Assembly (NCBI GenBank): GCA_945875585.1
Contig: CAMCLK010000002.1
Location: 10,964-74,963, forward strand
Reading direction: 5' to 3'
Length of the DNA: 64,000 bases
DNA from: Candidatus Kuenenia stuttgartensis
Lineage (GTDB): Bacteria; Planctomycetota; Planctomycetia; Gemmatales; Gemmataceae
This document shows, piece after piece, positions 47,098-56,504 of the stretch. The position numbers and the translations under genes were made by a program. The notes under the pieces are model-generated. The model did no database searches. It had not been told where the DNA came from and saw nothing but the letters and a program-made list of their open reading frames with translations. How positions within the stretch are numbered: the stretch's first letter is position 1; each line of letters opens with the position of its first letter.

Positions 47098-49247
47098 CCT
47101 GTTCCTGTCGTAAGCCAAGTAATCCATTTGCTGAATGTGATCGCGAGAAACGTCAGCACACTCAGCAATACAAAGACTGTTGCTACCAGACTGAGCGCGC
47201 CCTGAATTTGTCGGTTCGGATCGCGCATCATCTCGGGAAATCGGTAACCCACCAGAATCACCCCGGCAGACAATGTGGTGCTCAGCACGAAAGCCATCGG
47301 TATGGCTACAACCGCCAAGTATCTGGCCCTACCAGAGCGGATTAGCCAAGTTCCCACAACAGCCAATGCGACAACAGCCAGCAGCTGATTAGCTATTCCG
47401 AACATTGGCCAAATGGTGTCGATGGAACCTGTGGCAACCAGCCAGCCCCACGCCACTGTTATCACCAAACTTGAAAAAAGCGCGCCTGGCAACCACCCTG
47501 TGCGCCCCCAAGGCGCGTATATTTTCCCGAGATTTTCTTGAAGAAGAAATCGTGCGATTCGCGTGCCAGTATCGATGGTTGTCAGAATAAACAGGGCCTC
47601 GAACATAATGGCGAAGTGGAACCAGTACTTCCAGTAATGAGCCACAGTTTCTTCAGCAAATCCAAGGTGTTCCAGAGGGCGTGTGAGAATCTGTGCCATC
47701 CCTACTGCGAGCGTCACAGCACCACCTGTGCGCCCGCGCAGCGACTCTTCAACACGCTGTTCAACCGTGCCCAGATCGAGATGTGCCAGGCTTCCAGCCG
47801 CACCCAATTCACGGTGCAAAGAGTCGATCTGTGGCTGGAATTTCTCCACCATTCGCAGATCCACATTGATGTCGTAGTAAAGGCGGGGGTCGATTGAGGC
47901 GGCGGCAATCAGGGCGACAATTCCAACAACTCCCTCCAATAGCATGGCACCGTAGCCAATGGAGCGGACGTGTGACTCCTTGTCCACCATCTTCGGGGTG
48001 GTGCCGCTGGCAACCAGCGCATGAAAACCGGAGATGGCGCCGCACATCACACAAATAAATACAAACGGGAACATTGAGCCCGGGAACGTTGGTCCACCTG
48101 CCGCGAAGGTTGGTTCGATGGCGCGATGCGCCAGAACCGGGTTGGCGATACACGTGCCCACAATAAGGAGTGCGATTGTGCCGATCTTGAGAAAGCTGGA
48201 AATGTAATCCCGTGGGCAGAGAAGCAGCCAAACGGGAAGAACCGAGGCAATGAAACCATAAGAGCAAAGAACGATGACTGTTGCTGACCGATCAAGCTGG
48301 AAAAATGGCTCCAGACTGGACCCGGGTATCAGACTCCCACCCCAAGTGGCAAGAAGTACCAGAAATGCGCCCAGTAGGCTTGCTTCAATTACTTTGCCCG
48401 GGCGGAAAGCGTACATATAGCCGCTGACCAAAAGCGCGATTGGAATGGTCGCGGCAATTGTGAACAGGCCCCATGAACTGCCTTGAATGATCTGCTTGCC
48501 ACCATCAGGCAATATCAGTTCACCCGCACCGGGTTTTAGTGCCGATTCTGGAAGGCCTCGGCCAATCGGTAGTTCAAGTACAAAAGATTCCGGTCGCTTG
48601 AATGATGTCGCAGATTTACCCGCGAGGTTGATCTGGGTGCCGGATGGTATGCGATAACGTAATTTACCAGAAGATTCCGGAACAGCCTGCACGGCAACGC
48701 CATCGGGTGGAATCATGCATGTCATGGCCGGGATTGGGACTTCCTCCCCTCCCAAGGCTTTCACAACCACAAACCCTAATCCGGCCAAGGCAATAACCAC
48801 AATGAAAAGTATGGCAAATGAAATAGCCAAGTAGGCGCCGGGCCCAAGGTCTTCACGAGCGATTTCGGCCAGGGATTTGCCATCCCGCCGGACTGAGGCT
48901 GCCAGAACAAGCATGTCCTGCACGGCACCTGCCAGGCACACTCCAACCAGCAACCACAAAAGCCCGGGCAAAAAACCGTATTGCAGCGATAGAACCGGAC
49001 CAATCAGTGGTCCGGCGCCGGAAATGGCGGCAAAGTGATGGCCAAACAGCACCATTCGCTTGGTCGGGTGATAATTCTGTCCGTCTTCAAGGTGGTGTGC
49101 AGGCGTCACCCGTTCGTCATCGAGGCAGGCAACATACGCTGCCAAAAACGCGCTGTAGTAACGGTAGGCAATCGCAATAATGCACAGTGAAGCCACCAAA
49201 ATGGGCGTGGCGTGGGGAAACCCTACCCAGTCATTGACCCAGGTCAC
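47037..49247 (-). CDS. cstA: carbon starvation protein CstA (peptide/pyruvate transporter family)
   Basis: 736 aa. KRMVLFGHHFAAISGAGPLIGPVLSLQYGFLPGLLWLLVGVCLAGAVQD aligns closely to the E. coli CstA N-terminal core. Many TM helices throughout. Confidence 0.85.
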   Translation of the reverse strand: MTWVNDWVGFPHATPILVASLCIIAIAYRYYSAFLAAYVACLDDERVTPAHHLEDGQNYHPTKRMVLFGHHFAAISGAGPLIGPVLSLQYGFLPGLLWLLVGVCLAGAVQDMLVLAASVRRDGKSLAEIAREDLGPGAYLAISFAILFIVVIALAGLGFVVVKALGGEEVPIPAMTCMIPPDGVAVQAVPESSGKLRYRIPSGTQINLAGKSATSFKRPESFVLELPIGRGLPESALKPGAGELILPDGGKQIIQGSSWGLFTIAATIPIALLVSGYMYAFRPGKVIEASLLGAFLVLLATWGGSLIPGSSLEPFFQLDRSATVIVLCSYGFIASVLPVWLLLCPRDYISSFLKIGTIALLIVGTCIANPVLAHRAIEPTFAAGGPTFPGSMFPFVFICVMCGAISGFHALVASGTTPKMVDKESHVRSIGYGAMLLEGVVGIVALIAAASIDPRLYYDINVDLRMVEKFQPQIDSLHRELGAAGSLAHLDLGTVEQRVEESLRGRTGGAVTLAVGMAQILTRPLEHLGFAEETVAHYWKYWFHFAIMFEALFILTTIDTGTRIARFLLQENLGKIYAPWGRTGWLPGALFSSLVITVAWGWLVATGSIDTIWPMFGIANQLLAVVALAVVGTWLIRSGRARYLAVVAIPMAFVLSTTLSAGVILVGYRFPEMMRDPNRQIQGALSLVATVFVLLSVLTFLAITFSKWITWLTTGTGQFPAGAAGGKGANGAAAGN

Positions 49248-49274
49248 GAGGTCCTTCCTTTCCGGTCCAGCGGG

Positions 49275-50588
49275 TCAGGTCTGCCGACCGGTTCCCGTTG
49301 CGAGCGCTTTTTTGCCAATATCTGTTCGCATCTGCATGCCTGTGAAGCGAATCAGCGAGGCTGCCTCGTATGCTCGCTTTCGGGCCATTTCGATGGTGTC
49401 GCCTATGGCGGTGATACCTAGAACCCGGCCCCCATCTGTAACGACTTCACCGCGGTGGTCTTTGCTTGTTCCTGCATGAAACACATGAACGTTCTGTAGT
49501 TTTGCTGTTTCGGCAAGCCCGTAAATCGGAATACCCTTCGGGTAGTTGCCTGGGTAGCCTTGGGAGGCAAGTACCACACACACAGATGGCCTTGGATCCC
49601 ACTCGACCCGATCTGCAAATTCTTCAAGGCGCTCGTCAACGACTGCTTCCAGTAGGTCCAGCAGGTCTGTCTTCAGGCGCATGAGTACGGGTTGGGTTTC
49701 CGGGTCACCCAGTCGGCAATTGAACTCAAGGACCTTCGGGCCTTGAGGGCACAGCATGATTCCGGCGTAAAGGCATCCTTTGTAAGGAATACGCCTGCGT
49801 TTCATGGTGTGAACTGTCGGAACAAAAACTTCTTCATCGATTTTTTCAAGCAGCTCGGGAGACGCCTGAAGGGCAGGGCTATAGGCACCCATTCCGCCAG
49901 TATTAGGTCCCTTGTCGCCATCGAAAACCGCTTTGTGATCCTGAGCTGCTTCAAGCCGAAGAATACAACGTCCCGAAACCAATGCCAGCAAACTAAGTTC
50001 TTGCCCTTGCAGGCGGCGTTCAATGATTATCTTGCGGCCAACACCCTGCCCGAATTCCTCTCGCACCATGATGCGATCGACCGCGCGCCTGGCATCTTCG
50101 GCGTTGTCGCAAACAATAACGCCTTTGCCTGCTGCCAAGCCATCGGCTTTGATGACCAACGATTCAATTTGGCTGTCGATGTAATTACGCGCGATCTGAG
50201 GGTGGTCGCAAACCTGAAAATCTGCCGTTGGAACCAATGCTTCGCGCATCAGTGTTTTGGAAAAAACCTTGCTGGCTTCAAGTTGGGCCGCAGCTTTTGT
50301 CGGCCCGAACACGCGGATTTTTTCCGATTGGAGGGCATCAACGATTCCCGCGGCCAACGGGTCTTCCGGACCCACCACAACAAAATCGATATTTTCGTTG
50401 CGGCAAAGGCGGACGCAGGCTGCGAAATCCATGGGATCGAGCGATATGGGCACGATTTTGCCGCCAGGGCCTCCAATAGTTCCGGCATTGCCAGGCCCTA
50501 CGAAGACACGCTTGCAGCGATTCGAGCACGCTAATTTCCAAGCCAAGGCGTGCTCGCGTCCACCCCGTCCGATTACCAGAACCCTCAT
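49275..50588 (-). CDS. purD: phosphoribosylamine--glycine ligase
   Basis: 437 aa. Begins MRVLVIGRGGREHALAWKL, the canonical PurD N-terminus, followed by an ATP-grasp domain. Confidence 0.9.
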   Translation of the reverse strand: MRVLVIGRGGREHALAWKLACSNRCKRVFVGPGNAGTIGGPGGKIVPISLDPMDFAACVRLCRNENIDFVVVGPEDPLAAGIVDALQSEKIRVFGPTKAAAQLEASKVFSKTLMREALVPTADFQVCDHPQIARNYIDSQIESLVIKADGLAAGKGVIVCDNAEDARRAVDRIMVREEFGQGVGRKIIIERRLQGQELSLLALVSGRCILRLEAAQDHKAVFDGDKGPNTGGMGAYSPALQASPELLEKIDEEVFVPTVHTMKRRRIPYKGCLYAGIMLCPQGPKVLEFNCRLGDPETQPVLMRLKTDLLDLLEAVVDERLEEFADRVEWDPRPSVCVVLASQGYPGNYPKGIPIYGLAETAKLQNVHVFHAGTSKDHRGEVVTDGGRVLGITAIGDTIEMARKRAYEAASLIRFTGMQMRTDIGKKALATGTGRQT

Positions 50589-50600
50589 CCACGTCTCCTG

Positions 50601-52313
50601 TCAGGCGCCTGTGGTCAGCAGTGTTTTGACCTGTTCCTGACCGAGGCGGTGGCAATAGTCGCCAAAACTTTCGGTTTCTGTCCGCTCATGCTTGAATCGG
50701 GCAAGAAGTGGTTTCAGGGTACTCACGATTTCCGCGCGTGGCACCAAATCTTTGGCTTGGAAATTCTGCCGGTCTCCCAGAATACGCCCGCCCAAAAACA
50801 TCAGGTACTTATCGCCTGAACGGCCTACCAGACCGATATCAGATGTGTAAGGTCGCACACATCCATTGGGGCATCCGGTCATGCGAATAGAGAATTTCTC
50901 GTTTTCAAGTCCCAGATCCTTCAGGGCGACTTCCATTTCATCGATAACGGTGGGCAGGGTGCGTTCCGATTCGCATATAGCCAGACTGCAGGTCGGAATT
51001 GCCGGGCATGCCAAACTGTACCGTTGCACATTCGATACATCGCCCGGAAGCTGGACACCATGCTCGCGCAGAATCTTTTCAATTTTAGGAAGGGCCGAAT
51101 GGTCGAGATCGCACAGGAGAATGTCTTGCTGCGCGGTCAATCGGACCTCGCAACTCAGATCTGAAATCAGCGTGCGGAGAGCCGTGCGCAATCGGAACGC
51201 GCCATCGTCTTTCACGCGACCGTTTTCCACGCTGATGCCATACCAGTAACGGCCATCACCTTGCTCATTCCAGCCAAGGTGGGAGTCGTAGCCCGTCACA
51301 GGCATATCTTTTGGCAATTGCAGCGGGAATGGCAGGTAATCTTTAAGCATCTCGCGGATTTTTTCGACACCCAGATCAGCCACCAGATACTTGATGCGTG
51401 CGCGTTTCCGGTCCGCCCTGTTTCCATTGTCGCGGTAGAGTTTGACAATAGCTTCCGCAGCTTGGAGAAGTTGATCGCGAGTGCAATACAGAATCCTTTG
51501 CCCCAAGTGCGCAAAGGTATCAACCCGGCCGTGTGTCCGGCCCATGCCGCCGCCGACAAGCACGTCGTAGCCCACAATCTCGCCGTTATGGACGTCAGCG
51601 AGCAGGCCCAGATCCTGAGCAAAAATATCGATGCAGTTATCGTTGGGAAGGGCAAACCCAGTCTTGAATTTACGTGGGAGGTAAACCTTACCGTAAATTG
51701 GCTCGATCTCTTCTTCCGGTGCCCCCCCTTGGGACTTCCCATCGATCCAAATTTCGTGGTAGGCGCTGGTTCTGGGCGCCAAGTGCATGGCAAGCGCATG
51801 GCAATCTGCTTGGAGCTGATCATGAACCTTGCTGTTGCGGATGGGAGCAGGGCATGCCATCACGTTGCGGTTCACGTCTCCACAGGCGGCCAGTGTGCTC
51901 AGCAGGCATTCATTCATGGCAGCGATGACTGGCTTGAGTCCTGCCATCAGGATGCCATAGAACTGAATACTTTGTCGGCTGGTCAGCCGGATGGTTCCAT
52001 TGGCATGGGAATCAGCCAAACCATCGAGAACGAGATATTGGGCAGCATTCATGCGGCCGCCTGGGATACGCCCACGCACCATGAACATGTAAAACTTGCC
52101 GCTTTGTCCGTCTTCCCGCTTCGATTTGCGGGCGTCTCGGTCTTCCTGCTGGTAGCTACCATGGAATTTCAGCAGCTGCTTTTCTGTTTCTTCAAAGTGA
52201 TCGGCGCCGCTGGCCATGATGGAGGCAATGCCACCGCGCAAGCCGTGGCTCGCTGCTTTCATGCCCTCAACGGGTGATGGGGCGGGAGTCTTCGACACTT
52301 CTGGTTCCGACAT
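50601..52313 (-). CDS. sulfite/nitrite reductase hemoprotein (CysI/Sir family, siroheme + 4Fe-4S)
   Basis: 570 aa. Two NIR_SIR ferredoxin-like/4Fe-4S half domains. Cys cluster motifs CPAIPTC and TGCPNGC. Confidence 0.75.
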   Translation of the reverse strand: MSEPEVSKTPAPSPVEGMKAASHGLRGGIASIMASGADHFEETEKQLLKFHGSYQQEDRDARKSKREDGQSGKFYMFMVRGRIPGGRMNAAQYLVLDGLADSHANGTIRLTSRQSIQFYGILMAGLKPVIAAMNECLLSTLAACGDVNRNVMACPAPIRNSKVHDQLQADCHALAMHLAPRTSAYHEIWIDGKSQGGAPEEEIEPIYGKVYLPRKFKTGFALPNDNCIDIFAQDLGLLADVHNGEIVGYDVLVGGGMGRTHGRVDTFAHLGQRILYCTRDQLLQAAEAIVKLYRDNGNRADRKRARIKYLVADLGVEKIREMLKDYLPFPLQLPKDMPVTGYDSHLGWNEQGDGRYWYGISVENGRVKDDGAFRLRTALRTLISDLSCEVRLTAQQDILLCDLDHSALPKIEKILREHGVQLPGDVSNVQRYSLACPAIPTCSLAICESERTLPTVIDEMEVALKDLGLENEKFSIRMTGCPNGCVRPYTSDIGLVGRSGDKYLMFLGGRILGDRQNFQAKDLVPRAEIVSTLKPLLARFKHERTETESFGDYCHRLGQEQVKTLLTTGA

Positions 52314-52500
52314 GGCTCAAACCTTCCTCATGTGCACCTGCGGAATGGTCATCACGAAACATCTTGGCAGGTGAAGCGTAAGATAGAAAGACACGATCCT
52401 CTTGGAGATGTTCCAGACTGCCTTGCTTTCGTTGATTCTTCCAATCTATGGGCAACCTTCATGCCGTATCAACGGCGGAAACCAGCGGAGGACACATGGT

Positions 52501-53007
52501 ATGAAAGCTCTCATTCTTGCGGCCGAAGGATTCGAAGATCTGGAAGTCCACATGATGTGGTACAGGCTGTTGGAAGATGGTATTCAGGTATACATAGCTA
52601 GCCCTAGTGGCATGGTTGTCACTGGATTGCACGGTTACCGCATCGACCCAGACTTAGCTCTGCGTGAAATCAATCCCAACGAATTCGAAATGCTTCTCTT
52701 GCCAGGCGGTGCAGCTTCCGAGCGTTTGCGCCAACGCGAAGAGGCTCTCGATCTGGCCAGAACCTTCCTTGAAGAAGGTAAGCGCGTGGTTGCGATCGGC
52801 CGGGGCGCTCAAATTCTTATCAGTGCAGGAGCCATTAACAACCGTAGGGTGACCTGCGCTGAAGCCATCCGCGACGATGTGAAGGCGGCAGGTGCCAGTT
52901 ACTGCGACGAGCCCGTAGTTGTGGACAATAATCTGGTAACCTGCGCCCATGCCGAAGACATGCCGTGCCTGTTCCGAACGATCATGCCTCTCTTAACAGT
53001 TGCGTGA
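52501..53007 (+). CDS. DJ-1/PfpI-family protein, apparently lacking the nucleophile cysteine
   Basis: The ORF opens at 52402. The ATG at 52501 (MKALILAAEGFEDLEV) gives the typical 168-aa PfpI length. It aligns with PfpI, but the AICHGP elbow reads AIGRGA. Confidence 0.65.
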   Translation: MKALILAAEGFEDLEVHMMWYRLLEDGIQVYIASPSGMVVTGLHGYRIDPDLALREINPNEFEMLLLPGGAASERLRQREEALDLARTFLEEGKRVVAIGRGAQILISAGAINNRRVTCAEAIRDDVKAAGASYCDEPVVVDNNLVTCAHAEDMPCLFRTIMPLLTVA

Positions 53008-53029
53008 ATTTAAGTCCTCGGTTAGACGC

Positions 53030-53066
53030 AAAAAGGCCAATTGCGATAAATCGCAAGTGGCCTTTA
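53030..53066. terminator. hairpin between the DJ-1 gene (+) and the ssrA 3' end (-); likely a bidirectional terminator
   Basis: AAAAAGGCCAATTGCGA-TAAA-TCGCAAGTGGCCTTT: a 12-bp stem with one mismatch, an A-run upstream and a T-run downstream. Confidence 0.55.
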
Positions 53067-53068
53067 AG

Positions 53069-53465
53069 TGGAGGCGCGGGGAGTTGAACCCCGGTCCCGA
53101 AGTGCTTCCGTGTAGTGTTCTACGTGCGTAGCAGATTCTAACTGTTTGGCCTGCCTTACGGCAGCCAACCGCGTTCGCGACAAACGATCCGAACAGCAGG
53201 AGCGCGTGTCACTAGCCGGTTGTGTTTTTTTAGTCCGAACTTCCACCAGCATAACCCCTTGCGAGGTTTCTAGTTCAGACGAGCCCGAATTACGTCCGCA
53301 TCGCGACCCCTCAGGCGGGGATTACGACATGGGGCAGCCTACTTAGGCCGCCAGGTTTAACTGCGGTTCAGCAGCTAAAGTGCGATCGGATATTTACGTG
53401 GCCATCCGATCAACCACGGCACGCCCACCACATTTCCGTCACCCGGTCGAAACCAGATCGCCCCC
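53069..53465 (-). ncRNA. ssrA: tmRNA (ssrA, transfer-messenger RNA)
   Basis: The minus-strand sequence starts GGGGGCGAUCUGGUUUCGACCGGG and ends GGACCGGGGUUCAACUCCCCGCGCCUCCA: a tRNA-Ala-like acceptor with a G3:U70 pair and a T-arm GGGGUUCAACUCCCC. An internal tag ORF ends ...GCU GCU GAA CCG CAG UUA AAC CUG GCG GCC UAA (..AAEPQLNLAA-stop), followed by a GC-rich pseudoknot region. Length about 397 nt. ORF-track entries 53064-53252(-) and 53146-53346(+) are artefacts over this RNA. Confidence 0.85.
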
Positions 53466-53577
53466 TTCCCTTACGGGCTTGTTGGGGGTTTCTCAACCCC
53501 CAACAAATACTATACGCTGTTCTCCCGGCAATGTTTGAAAGTTTTCCACATTAGTCTTCTATTCGAGAGTAATAGGT

Positions 53578-54456
53578 ATGCTGTTTTCAGTCCTGTCTTG
53601 CATTACAGTCCTGCTGGGTTCCAATCAGCCTACGGAAATAGGCCTTTGGGATTCAAAAGTTCCGCACCTGCTGTTGGATAAACCCGCTGACGCACCCACT
53701 CTCACCATTTACAAGCCAGCAAAGGAAAAAGCTGTCCCCACAGCCATCGTGGTTTGCCCTGGTGGCGGGTACGGCGGTCTGGCGATGGGGCATGAAGGTA
53801 AGGAAATTGCTGAATACCTCAATAATTTGGGGGTTACCGCCTGTGTTCTGAAGTACCGCCATGCTCCGAACTACAAACATCCGGTTCCACTGATCGACGC
53901 GCAGCGCGCTGTCCGCTTCACCCGTTACCGTGCCATGGATCTTGGTGTTGCCTCTGATCGGATTGGTATTTGGGGTTTTTCCGCTGGCGGGCATTTGGCT
54001 TCAACGGTGAGCACTCATTTCAGCAAGCCTGAATCTCTCGATGCCAACGATCCCGTGGATAAAGTTTCGAGCCGCCCCGATTTTTCAATTCTCTGCTATC
54101 CAGTTATTACTCTGGAACCGCCGTACGCGCACATGGGATCAAGACGCAATCTGTTGGGAGCCAATCCCGATCAGGCCCTAGTTACCAGCCTGTGCAATCA
54201 TTTGCAGGTTACAAAAGAAACCCCTCCTACGTTCCTGTTCCATACCAAGGCGGACAAGGCCGTACCCATTGCCAACATCGAAATGTATGCTGAAGCCTGC
54301 ACAAAGGCTGGCGTGCCCGTTGAATTGGTGATTTACGATCAAGGGCAGCATGGCGTGGGTTTGGCCAAAAAGGATCCGGTGTTATCGAAATGGCCGCTGA
54401 AGCTTCAGGCATGGTTGCAGGGCAGGGGACTGCTGAACCCGGCGCGCGGTTCGTAA
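53578..54456 (+). CDS. alpha/beta-hydrolase-fold esterase (acetyl esterase/lipase type)
   Basis: 292 aa. Oxyanion-hole region VCPGGGYGG and the nucleophile elbow GFSAGGHL. Signal-peptide-like N-terminus. Confidence 0.75.
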   Translation: MLFSVLSCITVLLGSNQPTEIGLWDSKVPHLLLDKPADAPTLTIYKPAKEKAVPTAIVVCPGGGYGGLAMGHEGKEIAEYLNNLGVTACVLKYRHAPNYKHPVPLIDAQRAVRFTRYRAMDLGVASDRIGIWGFSAGGHLASTVSTHFSKPESLDANDPVDKVSSRPDFSILCYPVITLEPPYAHMGSRRNLLGANPDQALVTSLCNHLQVTKETPPTFLFHTKADKAVPIANIEMYAEACTKAGVPVELVIYDQGQHGVGLAKKDPVLSKWPLKLQAWLQGRGLLNPARGS

Positions 54457-55502
54457 TGGAAAACTGTGGATTTAACGCCGCTCAATTAAAAGAAGAGATC
54501 AGACTTCAGGTCCTGGCTCAGGGCTTTCAAGCCATTGGCTTTGCTCCAGCTGTGCCTGCGGACGGATTCGATCGCTTGAACCAATGGATCGATGCTGGAG
54601 CTCATGCTGGTATGGCCTACATGGAGCAGCAAGCTCCCGCGCGCCGGCACCCGGAATCGATTCTGAAATCGGTCAAAAGTGTCATCATGGTTTCGATGTT
54701 GTATCGCTGCCATGAGGTAGATTCGCCCTTGGAAGGTCGGGTGGCACGATATGCCCGCGGGCCAGATTACCACGACGTGCTTTGGAAACGTCTGGGAACG
54801 GTCCTTGCCTGGATGCGTGGCCGATGCCCTGATATGAAGGGGCGCGTTGTCGCTGATACTGCGCCTCTGTTGGAACGCGACTTTGCAAGGCGCGCTGGCT
54901 TGGGATGGATTGGTAAAAACACGCTCCTGATCAACCAAAGCCATGGCAGTTTCACGGTACTGGGCGCTATTTTGGTGAATCTGGATCTGCCACCAGACCC
55001 ACCCTTTGAAGCAGACCGGTGTGGTTCATGCACCGCTTGTATCGACGCCTGTCCAACCGGGGCGCTCGGCCCTCCCCGATGGCTCGACGCGGGCAAATGT
55101 ATCAGCTACTGGAATATCGAGCACCGCGGCGCCGCGCCAGACTGGGTGCCCGAAAACCTCGAAGGATGGTTGTTTGGTTGCGATATTTGTCAGGAGGTTT
55201 GCCCTTGGAACCGCAAACTATCGGCAGGGGCTGGCATCCTTGGTGCAGATCCCGATCTGCTTGCCATCGACCCGCGTAAACTCCTGCGAGATGATGACGA
55301 TGCCTTGCGATTGCGTTTTCGCAAAACAGCACTCTGGCGGGCCCGGCCCGAAGGACTGAGACGCAACGCCCTATGGGTTATTGGTGGGCAGTCGCGGATG
55401 GAAGATTCCGATTTGGTGAGTCAGTTCCTCGAACATGCCGACGCTGGCGTGCGATCGGCGGCACGGTGGGCGATAAATCAGATCACAAAATCTAATCGGT
55501 GA
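54456..55502 (+). CDS. queG: tRNA epoxyqueuosine(34) reductase QueG
   Basis: The ORF opens at 54390. The ATG at 54456 overlaps the esterase stop (TAATG). Two 4Fe-4S ferredoxin motifs (CGSCTACIDACPTG, CDICQEVCPWN) and a HEAT-like C-terminus match QueG. Confidence 0.7.
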   Translation: MENCGFNAAQLKEEIRLQVLAQGFQAIGFAPAVPADGFDRLNQWIDAGAHAGMAYMEQQAPARRHPESILKSVKSVIMVSMLYRCHEVDSPLEGRVARYARGPDYHDVLWKRLGTVLAWMRGRCPDMKGRVVADTAPLLERDFARRAGLGWIGKNTLLINQSHGSFTVLGAILVNLDLPPDPPFEADRCGSCTACIDACPTGALGPPRWLDAGKCISYWNIEHRGAAPDWVPENLEGWLFGCDICQEVCPWNRKLSAGAGILGADPDLLAIDPRKLLRDDDDALRLRFRKTALWRARPEGLRRNALWVIGGQSRMEDSDLVSQFLEHADAGVRSAARWAINQITKSNR

Positions 55503-55506
55503 ACGG

Positions 55507-56367
55507 TTAGTATGGCTTCGGCAGGGTTGCACTTTTCTGCCAAGCTGAATACCAAAGTTCCGCTGTAAATTTGACTCCCCTTCGGCAACGATCCAGTACA
55601 AACGCACGGCTCTCGGTGGTTGGGGTCACAAACGCTCCGGTAGCATCCATGCTGTAGCATTTATCCACCAAACCGTGCCCGTGGCGAATTTCTTCCATCA
55701 CGCGATCCCGAGTGGAGCTTATAGCCTCCACTTTGACCTCGCGAGCCAGTTCTTCCGCCGTGAGGCCGTGCTTTTCTGGAAACGCGTCTAGCCTCGCGTG
55801 AATACCTTTCTGAGTGAACCCACCCTTATCATCCGGGCGACCATCGTAGTCTTTGGTGGTGTGCAGTGGCATGGAACAGTCGCCAGTGTAATGGGACAAG
55901 ATCCCCGCATGAACCAGACATTTGGCACGGATGATGGCGTCTTCCGGTTTGGAACGGTAATCTTGAAAGGCGCAAGCCAAGCGGTCGTGCGCTTCCAGCA
56001 ACGCGAATGGCAGCATTCCCACTACCGATGGTTGGCGCTTGTTCTGTTTCAGCAAGTCGATCAATTTGTACCGGTCCACAGGAAGTTCCGCGCCATCGAG
56101 GTATTCAAGATCCAAAAAATGTTCTGGACTCTCGGTTGAGCGCAGGTGTGGGAGGTCTTTGTTTTTCCAACGGTCTGGATCACCAGCCATGTGGCCCAAA
56201 TCGCGACCAGCAGCACGGAAGAATGCTGGAACATCGTCGGGAAGGATGCGTGCAGCTGCCTCAGCTATGCGCGCATGACCTTCAACCCACCAACCATGTG
56301 CCGGTGGTGCTACGAGCAGTCCGATTAGAATCAGCGCCAGTAATGGTAATAAAGGCAAAAAACGCAT
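55507..56367 (-). CDS. S1/P1 nuclease-family (zinc-dependent phospholipase C-like) secreted protein
   Basis: 286 aa. Signal peptide, then WWVEGHARIAEAAARIL (the WGxxGH N-terminal zinc ligand pattern) and HYTGDCSMPLH (the HxxGDxxQPLH zinc motif). Confidence 0.65.
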   Translation of the reverse strand: MRFLPLLPLLALILIGLLVAPPAHGWWVEGHARIAEAAARILPDDVPAFFRAAGRDLGHMAGDPDRWKNKDLPHLRSTESPEHFLDLEYLDGAELPVDRYKLIDLLKQNKRQPSVVGMLPFALLEAHDRLACAFQDYRSKPEDAIIRAKCLVHAGILSHYTGDCSMPLHTTKDYDGRPDDKGGFTQKGIHARLDAFPEKHGLTAEELAREVKVEAISSTRDRVMEEIRHGHGLVDKCYSMDATGAFVTPTTESRAFVLDRCRRGVKFTAELWYSAWQKSATLPKPY

Positions 56368-56504
56368 CGACTCTTCTCCTGAATGTTACTCAGGGCAGGA
56401 TAGGAAGAGAGTTCCGGTTTGGACGCCTCCATTTAGCAATCTTCACAACCTCTTCTGACCTTTCTGCCTCGACCGGGTCGATAAAACCATTGCAAGGTTC
56501 ATGG

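Noticed and set aside
53064-53346. ORFs 53064-53252(-) and 53146-53346(+)
   Set aside because: They lie entirely within the tmRNA gene.
56007-56504. N-terminal 166 codons of ORF 56007-57785
   Set aside because: Overlaps the convergently annotated S1/P1 nuclease gene. A signal peptide appears only after the internal ATGs at 56505/56535, so the gene is shortened.
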